Origin: a virus
Lineage: Duplodnaviria; Heunggongvirae; Uroviricota; Caudoviricetes; Demerecviridae
Length of the DNA stretch: 64,000 nucleotides
Virus record (IMG/VR): IMGVR_UViG_2974619995_000001
Location: 6,367 to 70,366 of that record
Strand: one strand, 5' to 3'
The notes under the pieces are model-generated. The model ran no database searches. It was not told the origin of the DNA and worked only from the letters and a program-made list of their open reading frames with translations. Shown one piece after another: positions 45,627 to 55,138 of this stretch; the first letter of the stretch is position 1, and every line of letters starts with the position of its first letter. Both the position numbers and the translations under genes were made by a program.

Positions 45627-46295
45627 ATGCCAAAGAAATTAACCACAGAAGAAGTTAATAGCAGACTCTCGAGTAAAGGTATTAGCTTAATTGGTGAGTA
45701 TAGAAATGCTAACACTAAAACTAGTTTCAAGTGCTCATTAGGTCATATATGGGAAACTAAACCCTCAGTATTAATAAATATGGGTTTTGGGTGTCCCTAT
45801 TGTAGTGGCAAAGCTAAACTAACCGTAGAAGTTATTAACCAAGAGTTAAGTAGTAAAGGTATACAAATAGTTGGTAAGTATATAAATAATAGAACTCCTA
45901 CTCTTTTCCGTTGTGAAAATGGGCATGAATGGAATACTACTATTAATGCTGTTAAAAATTTAGATAGTGATTGTCCATTGTGCAAGAAAGAAGGCAGGAG
46001 CAAAACAAAGTTATACGTAATGTATAGTGAATCTTTGGGTACCAAGATTGGTATCTCCAGTAAACCAGGAACTAGGCTAGGAAAAATTAGTAGAAATGCT
46101 AATATTCCTGACCTTAAATTGATTAAGGTATTTGATATTTTAGATTATTCTAAATGTCGTGAAATTGAAAAAGTAGCCCATGAGTACTTTAAAGAATGGA
46201 ATTGTTACTATAAAGATTTTGACGGCGCTACAGAATTTTTTGATATTAAACCAGAAGAAGCAATACAATTTATTGAGGAAAATATTAATGACTGA
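45627..46295 (+). CDS. homing-endonuclease-like protein: two Zn-ribbon repeats + GIY-YIG/T5orf172-like C-terminal domain (222 aa)
   Basis: duplicated SFKCSLGHIWETKPSVLINMGFGCPYC module; C-terminal KLYVMYSESLGTKIGIS...GTRL; overlaps nrdD start (ATGACTGA). Confidence 0.55.
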   Translation: MPKKLTTEEVNSRLSSKGISLIGEYRNANTKTSFKCSLGHIWETKPSVLINMGFGCPYCSGKAKLTVEVINQELSSKGIQIVGKYINNRTPTLFRCENGHEWNTTINAVKNLDSDCPLCKKEGRSKTKLYVMYSESLGTKIGISSKPGTRLGKISRNANIPDLKLIKVFDILDYSKCREIEKVAHEYFKEWNCYYKDFDGATEFFDIKPEEAIQFIEENIND

Positions 46296-48135
46296 AGCTG
46301 AATTATTTGATAATATCTACGGTATTACAGATGGCTTTGCTGACTCCACTCTAAAACATAATAATGCTAATAAACCTAGCGAACGTTTTCCTACACAGAG
46401 AGATATGATTGCGGGGGAATTGAGTAAATTCCTAACATTGCAGGAAATGCCGATTCAGATTAGGACAGCACACAATATAGGAGATATTCATTTCCACGAC
46501 TTAGACTACTCCCTGTTGGGCATGACTAACTGTTGTTTAGTAGCTCTGGAGGATATGCTTAAAAATGGCATGAAGGTTGGTAATGCTGAAATTAGTACAC
46601 CAAACTCTATTACTACTGCAGCAGCTATTACTGCTCAGATTATCACTCAGGTTAGCTCCCATCAGTATGGTGGTACTTCTGTAGACCGCCTTGATGAAGT
46701 ATTAGCCCCTTATGTTCGTAAATCATATGACAAAAATCATGCGTTTGCAAAACGTTGGACTAAGGATGAAGCCAAAGCATCCGTAATGGCTACGGAGATG
46801 ACTGAAAAGGAAGTCTATGATGCCTGTCAGGGTCTAGAGTATGAAATCAATACGATGTTCAACTCTAACGGTCAGAGTCCATTTATTACCTTTGGTTTTG
46901 GTCTAGGAACTTCTTGGGAAGCACGTCTAGTACAGAAAGCAATACTGAAAGTACGCATGGATGGTTTAGGTATCAATAAACGTACAGCTATCTTCCCGAA
47001 ACTGGTATTTGTACTTCGTGATGGCGTAAATATGAAACCAGGAGATGTTAATTATGACATCAAGAAGTTAGCTATGAAATGTACGTCTGAACGTATGTAT
47101 CCAGATTATATCAGCTATGATAAGGTTGTGGAAGTTACTGGAGACTATAAAGTTTCTATGGGTTGCCGTTCATTCCTATCTGCTACAGAAGATGGTGAAA
47201 CTGCCGGTCGTAATAACTTAGGTGTTGTTTCTGTAAACTTGCCTAGAATTGCTATCGAAGCTGAAGGAAATATTGATCTATTCTTTGATTTGCTTGAACT
47301 ACGTGTGGATACAGCGTTAAAAGCATTGGAGTGGAGAGTTGATCGCTTAAAATACATCCAAGCTAAAGCTGCACCCATCCTCTATATGTCAGGAGCCTTT
47401 GGGTTACGCTTGGGGCCTGATGAATATGTATTCGATCATTTCTATAACCGTGCTTCTGTATCTCTGGGGTATATTGGTTGCCATGAAATGCTACAGTTCA
47501 TGTTTGGCAAAGATGTAGACACAATGTCCGAGACCTGCATCAAGTTTGTTCAGCGTGTATTGCAGTACATGCGGGATAGAGTCGATCAGAAGAAGGAAGA
47601 AACTAAGTTAGGTTATAGCCTGTATGCTACACCATCAGAGTCCCTATGTGATCGCTTTTGTCGTCTAGACCGTGAATATTTCCCAGAACATGAGGATATT
47701 CTGTCCAAAGGATACTACACTAACTCTCACCACCTTGATGTGGAACGTAAAGTTGCTCCTAACGTGAAGTTTGATTATGAATCTAACTTTACTCCGATTG
47801 CTTCTGGTGGGTGCATTTCCTATGTAGAACTACCAGATATGAAACGATTCCCAGATGCACTGGAATGGGTTATTAATTATGCTGCTAGTAAAGTTCATTA
47901 CTTCGGTATTAATACTCCAGTGGATTCTTGTGGTAAATGTGGATTCTTAGGTGAAATAATAGCATCCGAAGATGGATTTAAGTGCCCTATCTGTGGTAAT
48001 CATGACCCTGAAATTCTTGAAGTAACTCGTCGAGTTTGTGGGTATCTTGGAAATCCGGGTGCTCGTCCATTTAACCCCGGCAAACAGCATGAGGTGATGG
48101 GCAGAGTGAAGCATCAGGATATTCGAGCTAAGTAA
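46288..48135 (+). CDS. nrdD: anaerobic ribonucleoside-triphosphate reductase (615 aa); start trimmed to MTEAELFDNIYG
   Basis: C-terminal glycyl-radical motif RVCGYLG and Zn-ribbon CPICG; RBS GAGGAAAA. Confidence 0.9.
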   Translation: MTEAELFDNIYGITDGFADSTLKHNNANKPSERFPTQRDMIAGELSKFLTLQEMPIQIRTAHNIGDIHFHDLDYSLLGMTNCCLVALEDMLKNGMKVGNAEISTPNSITTAAAITAQIITQVSSHQYGGTSVDRLDEVLAPYVRKSYDKNHAFAKRWTKDEAKASVMATEMTEKEVYDACQGLEYEINTMFNSNGQSPFITFGFGLGTSWEARLVQKAILKVRMDGLGINKRTAIFPKLVFVLRDGVNMKPGDVNYDIKKLAMKCTSERMYPDYISYDKVVEVTGDYKVSMGCRSFLSATEDGETAGRNNLGVVSVNLPRIAIEAEGNIDLFFDLLELRVDTALKALEWRVDRLKYIQAKAAPILYMSGAFGLRLGPDEYVFDHFYNRASVSLGYIGCHEMLQFMFGKDVDTMSETCIKFVQRVLQYMRDRVDQKKEETKLGYSLYATPSESLCDRFCRLDREYFPEHEDILSKGYYTNSHHLDVERKVAPNVKFDYESNFTPIASGGCISYVELPDMKRFPDALEWVINYAASKVHYFGINTPVDSCGKCGFLGEIIASEDGFKCPICGNHDPEILEVTRRVCGYLGNPGARPFNPGKQHEVMGRVKHQDIRAK

Positions 48136-48140
48136 GCTAA

Positions 48141-48178
48141 TCAGCCGGGTTGCTAGTCGACCTGGCTTTTATTTTATT
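48141..48178 (+). terminator. rho-independent terminator after nrdD
   Basis: AGCCGGG...CCTGGCT stem followed by TTTTATTTT. Confidence 0.55.
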
Positions 48179-48206
48179 TGCTTTCAGCCAAAAATTTATA
48201 TATAAT
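48178..48206 (+). promoter_or_regulatory. T5 strong early promoter (TTGCTT / 17 / TATAAT + ATAAATTTGAGAGGAGG UTR)
   Basis: near-identical to the PN25-type element at 55079. Confidence 0.7.
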
Positions 48207-48234
48207 AGATTTATAAATTTGAGAGGAGGGTATA

Positions 48235-48593
48235 TGGAACTAAAACCATTTATTGTTGTATCTAAGTTAGGACATTATCACTTAGGAGTAGATACTATTC
48301 AGGAAGCTATTTTTGCTGCTACAGGGGATTACTCACTGCTAGGAGGTATTGGGTACCCTACATTACTGGGTGACTTCGTAGAGCAAGAATTAGATATTAC
48401 TGTCTATAATCCTATATATGAAGAACATGAAGACTTAAAAGAGACTCTAGAATTTGTATATTGGAACCACCTGCAAGTGTTTAATGTTACCTCTAATGGC
48501 ACAGAGGATTTCTCTTCTGTTATTAAACATCATATTAAGCAGGTTTACTACGATTATTTCTATGAGGATATTGGAACGGAGCTAAAAGTATGA
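48235..48593 (+). CDS. hypothetical protein (119 aa); start at MELKPF
   Basis: RBS GAGGAGGG 7 nt upstream. Confidence 0.55.
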
Positions 48594-48793
48594 AAAACGT
48601 AAAACATCTTAAATATCGCTTAATTTACAACGGACGTATGGAAACAGAAGACCTAGCCCAATTAGCTATTAATTCTAATGAGGTTACAGTGCGCGCACTG
48701 GCAATTGAAAAGTTGCGTGCCTCTTATGAAAATCGTGTTATGGAACTAGAGGAGAAACTTTATGGTATTCTCGAAGCCGATGCTACCAGATAA
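48590..48793 (+). CDS. hypothetical protein (67 aa)
   Basis: ATGA coupling. Confidence 0.5.
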   Translation: MKNVKHLKYRLIYNGRMETEDLAQLAINSNEVTVRALAIEKLRASYENRVMELEEKLYGILEADATR

Positions 48794-48983
48794 GGGTTTA
48801 AACTCCGCTTTGGAAAACGCATTAATGCAGCACTGGGAAACTGGCTATAAGGATGGTGTTGAATCCTGCGCTACTATGCTAGAAGTTATTGCTAATACCT
48901 TAATGGAGAAAGGCAATAAAGAATTAGCTGAGCTATTAGACAGCATTGGGCAAAACTTCAGAGAACAGGTGAAAAATGCGTAG
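48762..48983 (+). CDS. hypothetical protein (73 aa)
   Basis: RBS GAGGAGAAA. Confidence 0.5.
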   Translation: MVFSKPMLPDKGLNSALENALMQHWETGYKDGVESCATMLEVIANTLMEKGNKELAELLDSIGQNFREQVKNA

Positions 48984-49794
48984 ATTAATTATTATTAGCG
49001 GTGCAGGTTTGAGTGTTGAAAGTGGTGTACGAGCCTTCCGTACTGATACTGCCAGTGGTAAAGCATTGTGGGATGATTATGATCTAGAAGAAGTATGTAA
49101 TATTCATGCCTTTCGTGGTAATTTTTATCATAAAACCCATATGTTTTACAACAAGCGACGTGAAGAGCTAAAAACTGTTGAACCCAATCTTGCGCATCTT
49201 CGTATTGGTGAGTGGTATAAACAATACCCTGGTCAGGTAGTAAATTTGACTACCAACGTTGATGACCTTATTGAGCGTGCTGGCGTTTCACATAGTGACA
49301 TTCTGCACATTCACGGATATTTAAAAGAGGTTGTTGTAGCTGACAGCTACAATAGTAGCAATAAACGAGTTATTGATGTAGGGTACAATTCTATTGACCC
49401 AGATGATTATAAATGGGTTAAACCCAATGTAATCTTCTTTGGGGAACATGCTCCAGAGTATGCAGAAATGTATGAGGTTTTTGATGGTATCACCAGTCAT
49501 GATATGATCATCATTGTTGGGTGCTCTAACCAAGTAATTAACTTCTACTGGGAGCTATTTCCTATTCTGAATCTTACTGCTGCAAAACTTATGGTAGTTA
49601 ACTATTACGATAATGCAGTAGCTATGGAACCAGGCTATCAGGGCATGACTCGTAGTGAAATGTATCAGTTAGAAGAACATGGTATTCCTTACTGGAGTAA
49701 AGGTGCTGTGGATGCCTTTAGTGATCCCGATTTTATTGCTCGTGTGGAAGCTCATCTAGAAGGTAAACCCTATGTCCAACAAAAGCATGTGTGA
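48976..49794 (+). CDS. Sir2-like (sirtuin-fold, NAD-binding) protein (272 aa)
   Basis: N-terminal ISGAGLSVESGVRAFR (Sir2 GAGIS.ESGIP.FR motif) and catalytic-His candidate HIHGY; lacks the Zn CxxC pairs. Confidence 0.65.
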   Translation: MRRLIIISGAGLSVESGVRAFRTDTASGKALWDDYDLEEVCNIHAFRGNFYHKTHMFYNKRREELKTVEPNLAHLRIGEWYKQYPGQVVNLTTNVDDLIERAGVSHSDILHIHGYLKEVVVADSYNSSNKRVIDVGYNSIDPDDYKWVKPNVIFFGEHAPEYAEMYEVFDGITSHDMIIIVGCSNQVINFYWELFPILNLTAAKLMVVNYYDNAVAMEPGYQGMTRSEMYQLEEHGIPYWSKGAVDAFSDPDFIARVEAHLEGKPYVQQKHV

Positions 49795-49954
49795 TCTTTT
49801 AGTGTGGCCGGACGGTAGTTGGTGCTACCGTTTCGAATTTGCTACCGATGATTTCTCATGGAAGAGTGATGATTTCTGTGTTATCTATGAAGATACAGCA
49901 GAATGGAAAGAGTTCCTTATTAAGGAGGGAGAATATGGTGAAGAAGATTTTTAA
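49787..49954 (+). CDS. small acidic protein (55 aa)
   Basis: ATG overlapping the Sir2-like gene stop. Confidence 0.35.
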   Translation: MCDLLVWPDGSWCYRFEFATDDFSWKSDDFCVIYEDTAEWKEFLIKEGEYGEEDF

Positions 49955-50120
49955 GGGTATCTGGAAAGGTCTAGTATGGTTTGTCAACCTAATCGGTATG
50001 ATTACCATTTATTCTCTGTTCCTATCTGTTATGTGGGGTAAAGGTGAATTGAAGGTTCCAGTTCCTTTTACTGATGAAGTTAAAGTCTGGACGTGGGATG
50101 CTACTGGTGGAAATAAGTAA
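49935..50120 (+). CDS. small membrane protein (61 aa)
   Basis: RBS AAGGAGGGAG. Confidence 0.4.
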   Translation: MVKKIFKGIWKGLVWFVNLIGMITIYSLFLSVMWGKGELKVPVPFTDEVKVWTWDATGGNK

Positions 50121-50613
50121 TACTCCTGTGATTTTCCTGGATATTGATGGGGTGCTCAATTCGAGCATCTCCCACCATCATGCACCTGATGATGAAAAGA
50201 TTTTCTTTGGGAGTGACTGGGTTTTCAAACCGCTTCTCAAGGCTTTTCAAGATTTTATTCGTCCTTCCTCGATAATGATTGTTGGGGTATCCTCATGGTT
50301 CTCTGTCAGGAATGAGATGGAGAACGTTCAGATTATGACCGGATTAGGTCTTATCGATCGTTTTCTTGGTACAACGGATTTTACTGGGGGTGGATTATCT
50401 AGAGGTAATTCTGTTCTTCGCTTCGTTGAAAAGCATAGGCTCAAACATTGGTGTGTGCTTGATGATGCGGGTGCTATGATGTATCAGTATCCAACGGTTA
50501 TAGTCAACGGTAGGACTGGGATAAATCTTCAAGATTTAAAAGCTGTTAGCTATATGTTAGAATTTAGCCCAGATCTTGAAATGTGTAAATCCTTGCAACA
50601 ATTTAAGGTGTAA
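50098..50613 (+). CDS. HAD-superfamily phosphatase-like protein (start uncertain)
   Basis: motif I FLDIDGVLN, later VLDDAG. Confidence 0.5.
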   Translation: MLLVEISNTPVIFLDIDGVLNSSISHHHAPDDEKIFFGSDWVFKPLLKAFQDFIRPSSIMIVGVSSWFSVRNEMENVQIMTGLGLIDRFLGTTDFTGGGLSRGNSVLRFVEKHRLKHWCVLDDAGAMMYQYPTVIVNGRTGINLQDLKAVSYMLEFSPDLEMCKSLQQFKV

Positions 50614-50615
50614 AT

Positions 50616-51044
50616 ATGTTCAATAATGTATTCTCTAAAGAAGCTAACCCAATTTTGGTTAACTTTTGGCGTACTCTCCCAGCTAGCCTGTATAATGAGA
50701 CTATTAACTCTTTGAAAATATGGTGTGAGAATAACGAAATCTCCTTTGCTTTTAAAGATGATATTGATGAGGCTCCCTGTATTGGTTTGATTGTTCAGGT
50801 AGAGGAGGGTCTTGAAGAGATTGTCGGCTGGAAAGAGTTAGATGAAATGGGCTTAGTTTTTGCGTTAAACTATAAGCTGTTTATGCCTGCTAAGCATCGC
50901 CTCGTTGTTAACTATAAAACTAGTGAATCTCCTGGTTTTCAGGTTAATGAACGTTATGGTTGGTCTTACTCACCGGAAGAAGTAAATGAGGGGATTCAGA
51001 AACTTCGACGTTTCGGGTATATGATCCCAGGTTTAACTGCTTAA
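50616..51044 (+). CDS. hypothetical protein (142 aa), paralog of 51054..51443
   Basis: shared WxELDEMGLVFALNY / YMIPGLT blocks. Confidence 0.55.
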   Translation: MFNNVFSKEANPILVNFWRTLPASLYNETINSLKIWCENNEISFAFKDDIDEAPCIGLIVQVEEGLEEIVGWKELDEMGLVFALNYKLFMPAKHRLVVNYKTSESPGFQVNERYGWSYSPEEVNEGIQKLRRFGYMIPGLTA

Positions 51045-51053
51045 GGAGGCAGG

Positions 51054-51443
51054 ATGGAACAAGTATATTGGCGTCAGATTGACCCTAGTTTGGTGAAACG
51101 TGCGGAGAAGCTGCTACAACGTTGGTTGGGGGTAAGACAAGCCTCCTTCACTTTTCCTGAGCAGCAAACAGATGATCCCTGTGTTGGTGTTTTCCTATCC
51201 GGCTACGCGGGGGAATGGGAATTAGATTGGAATGAATTGTCTGCTATGGGCTTGATTGTTGCCCTAAACTTCTCTATATTCCATCCACGTGGTTTGGCCA
51301 TATGTCGTGTGCCGGATGACGGTTGTTCGCCCCATCTTTTACAGGTGGAAGATGATATTTGGGAGTATACTCCAGATATTCTCGCAGAAGCTAAAGAACA
51401 ATTAAATAGTGTTGGGATATATGTTCCGGGATTAAGTGACTAA
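51054..51443 (+). CDS. hypothetical protein (129 aa), paralog of 50616..51044
   Basis: shared sequence blocks. Confidence 0.55.
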   Translation: MEQVYWRQIDPSLVKRAEKLLQRWLGVRQASFTFPEQQTDDPCVGVFLSGYAGEWELDWNELSAMGLIVALNFSIFHPRGLAICRVPDDGCSPHLLQVEDDIWEYTPDILAEAKEQLNSVGIYVPGLSD

Positions 51444-51463
51444 TGATTTTTATTAGCTGAACT

Positions 51464-51496
51464 CTGATTACCGAGTCATTTTGGCTCGGTTTTATC
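51464..51496 (+). terminator. rho-independent terminator (ACCGAG-TCATTTTGG-CTCGGT + TTTTA)
   Basis: read directly. Confidence 0.55.
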
Positions 51497-51537
51497 CGTA
51501 CTCAAGACCAATGATAGCACCATCCGGAAAATTTTAC

Positions 51538-51566
51538 TTGCATGATGCCCAAAATCTTGATATAAT
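51538..51566 (+). promoter_or_regulatory. strong promoter TTGCAT / 17 / TATAAT with no ORF for about 480 bp downstream
   Basis: read directly. Confidence 0.55.
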
Positions 51567-52063
51567 ATTTATATTGAATTGAGAGACATTAGTAAAAATT
51601 GATTTTGCTAATTTTTCTTGTTTACAATCCGCGATACGGAACAGTTAGGCTGCCCCATTAAGGGTTGTTTTAACTATTACTAGTGTTTATATTGCATTAG
51701 TTAATCTTCAATTAAGTGATCTGTGTACCCTGAATTCGGAAAGGTAAATCCAAACCGTGCATATTTAGCTCGTTATATAGGCAGAGCTTTATATGGGGGT
51801 GCGAACGAAAAGAGCAGCGAATGGCGGCACGTACAGTAGTCACCTACCAATAGGATAGTGAGGACAAATAGAATCGGCTTAGCGGCCAATGACCTAGGTT
51901 CTATTCTGTATATGAGCGAAGAGAGCACAGCACTGAGATATGATAACTTATTCATATTGCTTGATGATAATTAATGTTTACGTAAATAGTAGTAATAGTT
52001 GTTCTATTCTTTCTGAATAGTCCTAAAGAAAAGATTTCGATTAACCAACACAGGAGTATTGTT

Positions 52064-54853
52064 GTGTTTTCTATTCTCCAAGGTCACGCCGGATTTTCTC
52101 GTGATTTAGCAACAGGTATTTGGCGAGAAATCAAAGCGGAAGATTATACCTTTGCCAAGCGATTCTCGAAAGAGCATCCAGAAGGTAAACCAGCTTCTAT
52201 GCCCTTCAAATTTGATGTAATAGAAGAGCATGACCCGCAAAGCCTTGCCGAAATGTTACCACTTATGAGACGTTTAACGTCTGACCCTCATATCGTTGCG
52301 GTACGAGGTCGATGTCTTGCACCTAAAAATAACGTGCGACGTAAGAAAGGTAACTTTAATGTATCTAATCCTAGTAATATTATTGCTATGGACGTGGATG
52401 GTATCCTAGATACCGGTGGGTATGACAAGTTTAACCTTGTTGGTATGGCCCGCCACATTATTAAGATGTTGAATAGTATTAGTGAGGACATGTTCCCTCT
52501 TGATGCAGGCTTTATAGCTCATGCATCGTCTTCCGCTGGGCTTAAACCAGGTATCCGAATGCACTTAATGCTAGAATCTAACGTCAAGGTAACTCAGGGT
52601 CAGTTAAAGTTCTTATTTACATCTATCAACGATAGTAGTAAGCAAAAATTTGGTTTTGATATTGCCGACTTAGCTTATTATTCATCTGTCCAGCTCCACT
52701 ATTTTGCCGACCCCTTATTTAGTGATGGTATTGTCGATCCGTTTAAAGCGGAGAGTAAGCCACGTCTGGTGTACGTTAAAGGTTCGAAAGTAAATTTGCC
52801 CAATAATCTGGTTGACTATGAAACAACTAGAGGGGAGTTTAAGGAAGAGTTTTATTCTTTACTTGATCAAATTAAAGGCAAAAAGATCGCGTCTGATAAA
52901 GTAGAAGAAACCATCAGCGAATTGGAAGAAGCTGAGGATGGGGTGTACCTGCGTATTATCCCCAAACTCTACCATAGAGCATTAGAGGATGGTGTTGATT
53001 TTGCATGGCTAGAAAAAGAAATCCGTCCAGCCCTATCTGAATATATTGCAACTAAAGATAACAGTCGTAATATTCAAGATTACTTTAATAACGGTCGTAA
53101 GCAGGCTCTCAAAGCGTTTGTTAATAATTCTAAACGTGAGATTCCACTAAATCTGAAAGGTGTTCCGCTCAAGAAATTAGAAGTGGATTCTCCACCAGAA
53201 GTTCCGTACCTGAAGATTAACATTGTGCCTCCAAAAGGCCATATAACATTTGTTAAGGCAAGTCTTGGTACTGGTAAGACTACGGCAGTAACTAAATGGC
53301 TGGACGCAGGTGTTCTTCCTGGCAACTTTTTAGCAGTTACAAATACTAGAGCACTGGTATCTTCAAACGCTAAGAAATTTAGTGCAGGACAATATGATAA
53401 GTCTGTAGATATGCTCAACTTTAAACGTGGAGCTATTGATCGTATGTCCACAACTATCCACTCTTTGCATAAGTTCAAAAGTTTTATTGGTCAAATAGAT
53501 ACCATTTTTATTGATGAATGTGATGCTGTAATGAATGATCTATTATTCGCACCTGTTGTTAAGCAACGTCGCGAATGTATTCAAGTTCTACGTGACATCC
53601 TCATGACAGCTAAAACTGTAATTCTATCAGATGGGGATATTAGTGCCGAAACTATTGAAGCATATGGTTCTCTAATTGATTTTGATAAACCAGTAGCATT
53701 TTATAATCATCACCGTAAGATGCTGTCAAAAGCTCATGCTTATGAGTTCCCGGATGAATCCAGTATTTGGGTTGCACTTCAGACCTCTCTAGAGATGGGT
53801 GAGAAATCTATCCTAGTATCTGATTGTGGGCCGGATGAACTGAATGAGAAGGGCATGGCGTTGCGTCGTAATACGGGTGCATTAGTTAAGGAAATCCATT
53901 CAAACTCTACCTCAGATGTGGATATTCGACGTATTCTGGATTATACAACTAATGAGCTAATTGATCAACAAATTGATTGCTTATTATGTAGCCCATCCGT
54001 AACGAGTGGCGTTGACTTCAACTATTTTGATAACGTATTCGTTATTACTAGAACCTCAAATCAAGCGCCAAACATGCGTTTCCAAGCAATCAGGCGCGAC
54101 CGTGGTGCTCAGAATATCTATTATTTTATTGATAAATCCACTAGTGGGTTCTCCGCAGGTTCTGAACAATATAATATTGATGAAGGTTGGCTGGAGTTAG
54201 CACAGCAATTATACGCACGTCGCAGAGAGCTAGAATCTAGGAACTATACTAGTACTTTACGTTATTACTTGCTTGATCAGGGTGCAACTATTGATATTTT
54301 CAGCGAAAGCTGGGGAACTATTGAAGGTGCTGGTAAAGAATACACAGAAGAGCGAATCAAAGCTATTCTGCACTCAACTCCTGATTATTGTACTCCACGT
54401 CATGCGGATGCGTATGAAGCTAAACTACTTCTTGTTCGCTATTATCATCTTGAGTCTATTAAAGATGTAACAGTTGAGCATGTTGAACAATATATCAAAG
54501 ATAAACCGAATGATCGAGCCGCCTTCTTCCATAAGATGCATGAGATGTTCTGGGAAGATATTAAGAAGTGTTCAAATGTGACCATTAAACCATTCATAGA
54601 AGCTCTGAAAGGTAAGAAGAAAGACTTCTTCCTTAAAACAGGTCAGAGTGCTAACCCAAAATATGCTAGAATGTATCTTGGTATGATGGGTATTGGTAAG
54701 GATATGAACACTGAAAATATTGTAGACTGGTACAGAACCTATTGTAAAATCGAGTGTATGCCAATCCCATATAAGTTTATGACTGATGAGGAGAAACATA
54801 TGCATGATGAAGCAATGGCAGAGCTAGGTGCTAGAAATGACAGTGAAGAATAA
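52064..54853 (+). CDS. large replication protein: N-terminal AEP-type primase-polymerase-like domain fused to P-loop helicase/ATPase (929 aa, GTG start)
   Basis: hhhDhD motif IIAMDVDG; Walker A ASLGTGKTT, Walker B IFIDECD; RBS CAGGAG. Confidence 0.65.
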   Translation: MFSILQGHAGFSRDLATGIWREIKAEDYTFAKRFSKEHPEGKPASMPFKFDVIEEHDPQSLAEMLPLMRRLTSDPHIVAVRGRCLAPKNNVRRKKGNFNVSNPSNIIAMDVDGILDTGGYDKFNLVGMARHIIKMLNSISEDMFPLDAGFIAHASSSAGLKPGIRMHLMLESNVKVTQGQLKFLFTSINDSSKQKFGFDIADLAYYSSVQLHYFADPLFSDGIVDPFKAESKPRLVYVKGSKVNLPNNLVDYETTRGEFKEEFYSLLDQIKGKKIASDKVEETISELEEAEDGVYLRIIPKLYHRALEDGVDFAWLEKEIRPALSEYIATKDNSRNIQDYFNNGRKQALKAFVNNSKREIPLNLKGVPLKKLEVDSPPEVPYLKINIVPPKGHITFVKASLGTGKTTAVTKWLDAGVLPGNFLAVTNTRALVSSNAKKFSAGQYDKSVDMLNFKRGAIDRMSTTIHSLHKFKSFIGQIDTIFIDECDAVMNDLLFAPVVKQRRECIQVLRDILMTAKTVILSDGDISAETIEAYGSLIDFDKPVAFYNHHRKMLSKAHAYEFPDESSIWVALQTSLEMGEKSILVSDCGPDELNEKGMALRRNTGALVKEIHSNSTSDVDIRRILDYTTNELIDQQIDCLLCSPSVTSGVDFNYFDNVFVITRTSNQAPNMRFQAIRRDRGAQNIYYFIDKSTSGFSAGSEQYNIDEGWLELAQQLYARRRELESRNYTSTLRYYLLDQGATIDIFSESWGTIEGAGKEYTEERIKAILHSTPDYCTPRHADAYEAKLLLVRYYHLESIKDVTVEHVEQYIKDKPNDRAAFFHKMHEMFWEDIKKCSNVTIKPFIEALKGKKKDFFLKTGQSANPKYARMYLGMMGIGKDMNTENIVDWYRTYCKIECMPIPYKFMTDEEKHMHDEAMAELGARNDSEE

Positions 54854-55070
54854 AAAATGGGAAACAAGGAAGTTCCCAGTAAAAGAACGTAAAGTTCCTG
54901 TTTATGATACTTCGGAAAAGCTATGTAGGGTGGTACCGCACAGATTAGCTGGCATCCCTAACATATCCGAATGGTTACTTAAACAACGGAAAACAAACGT
55001 GTCTCTTCGCATCGGCTTTGAGTTAGATAAAGTCTATGCTGAACTTGCTTCTTTGCTCAAGGAATCGTAA
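54837..55070 (+). CDS. hypothetical protein (77 aa)
   Basis: ORF overlapping the tail of the large gene. Confidence 0.4.
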   Translation: MTVKNKKWETRKFPVKERKVPVYDTSEKLCRVVPHRLAGIPNISEWLLKQRKTNVSLRIGFELDKVYAELASLLKES

Positions 55071-55078
55071 AAATTTAT

Positions 55079-55107
55079 TTGCTTTCAGGAAAATTTTTCT
55101 GTATAAT
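55079..55107 (+). promoter_or_regulatory. T5 PN25-type strong early promoter
   Basis: TTGCTT-TCAGGAAAATTTTTCTG-TATAAT-AGATTCATAAATTTGAGAGAGGAG recognised as the classical T5 N25 promoter sequence. Confidence 0.85.
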
Positions 55108-55138
55108 AGATTCATAAATTTGAGAGAGGAGTTTAAAT

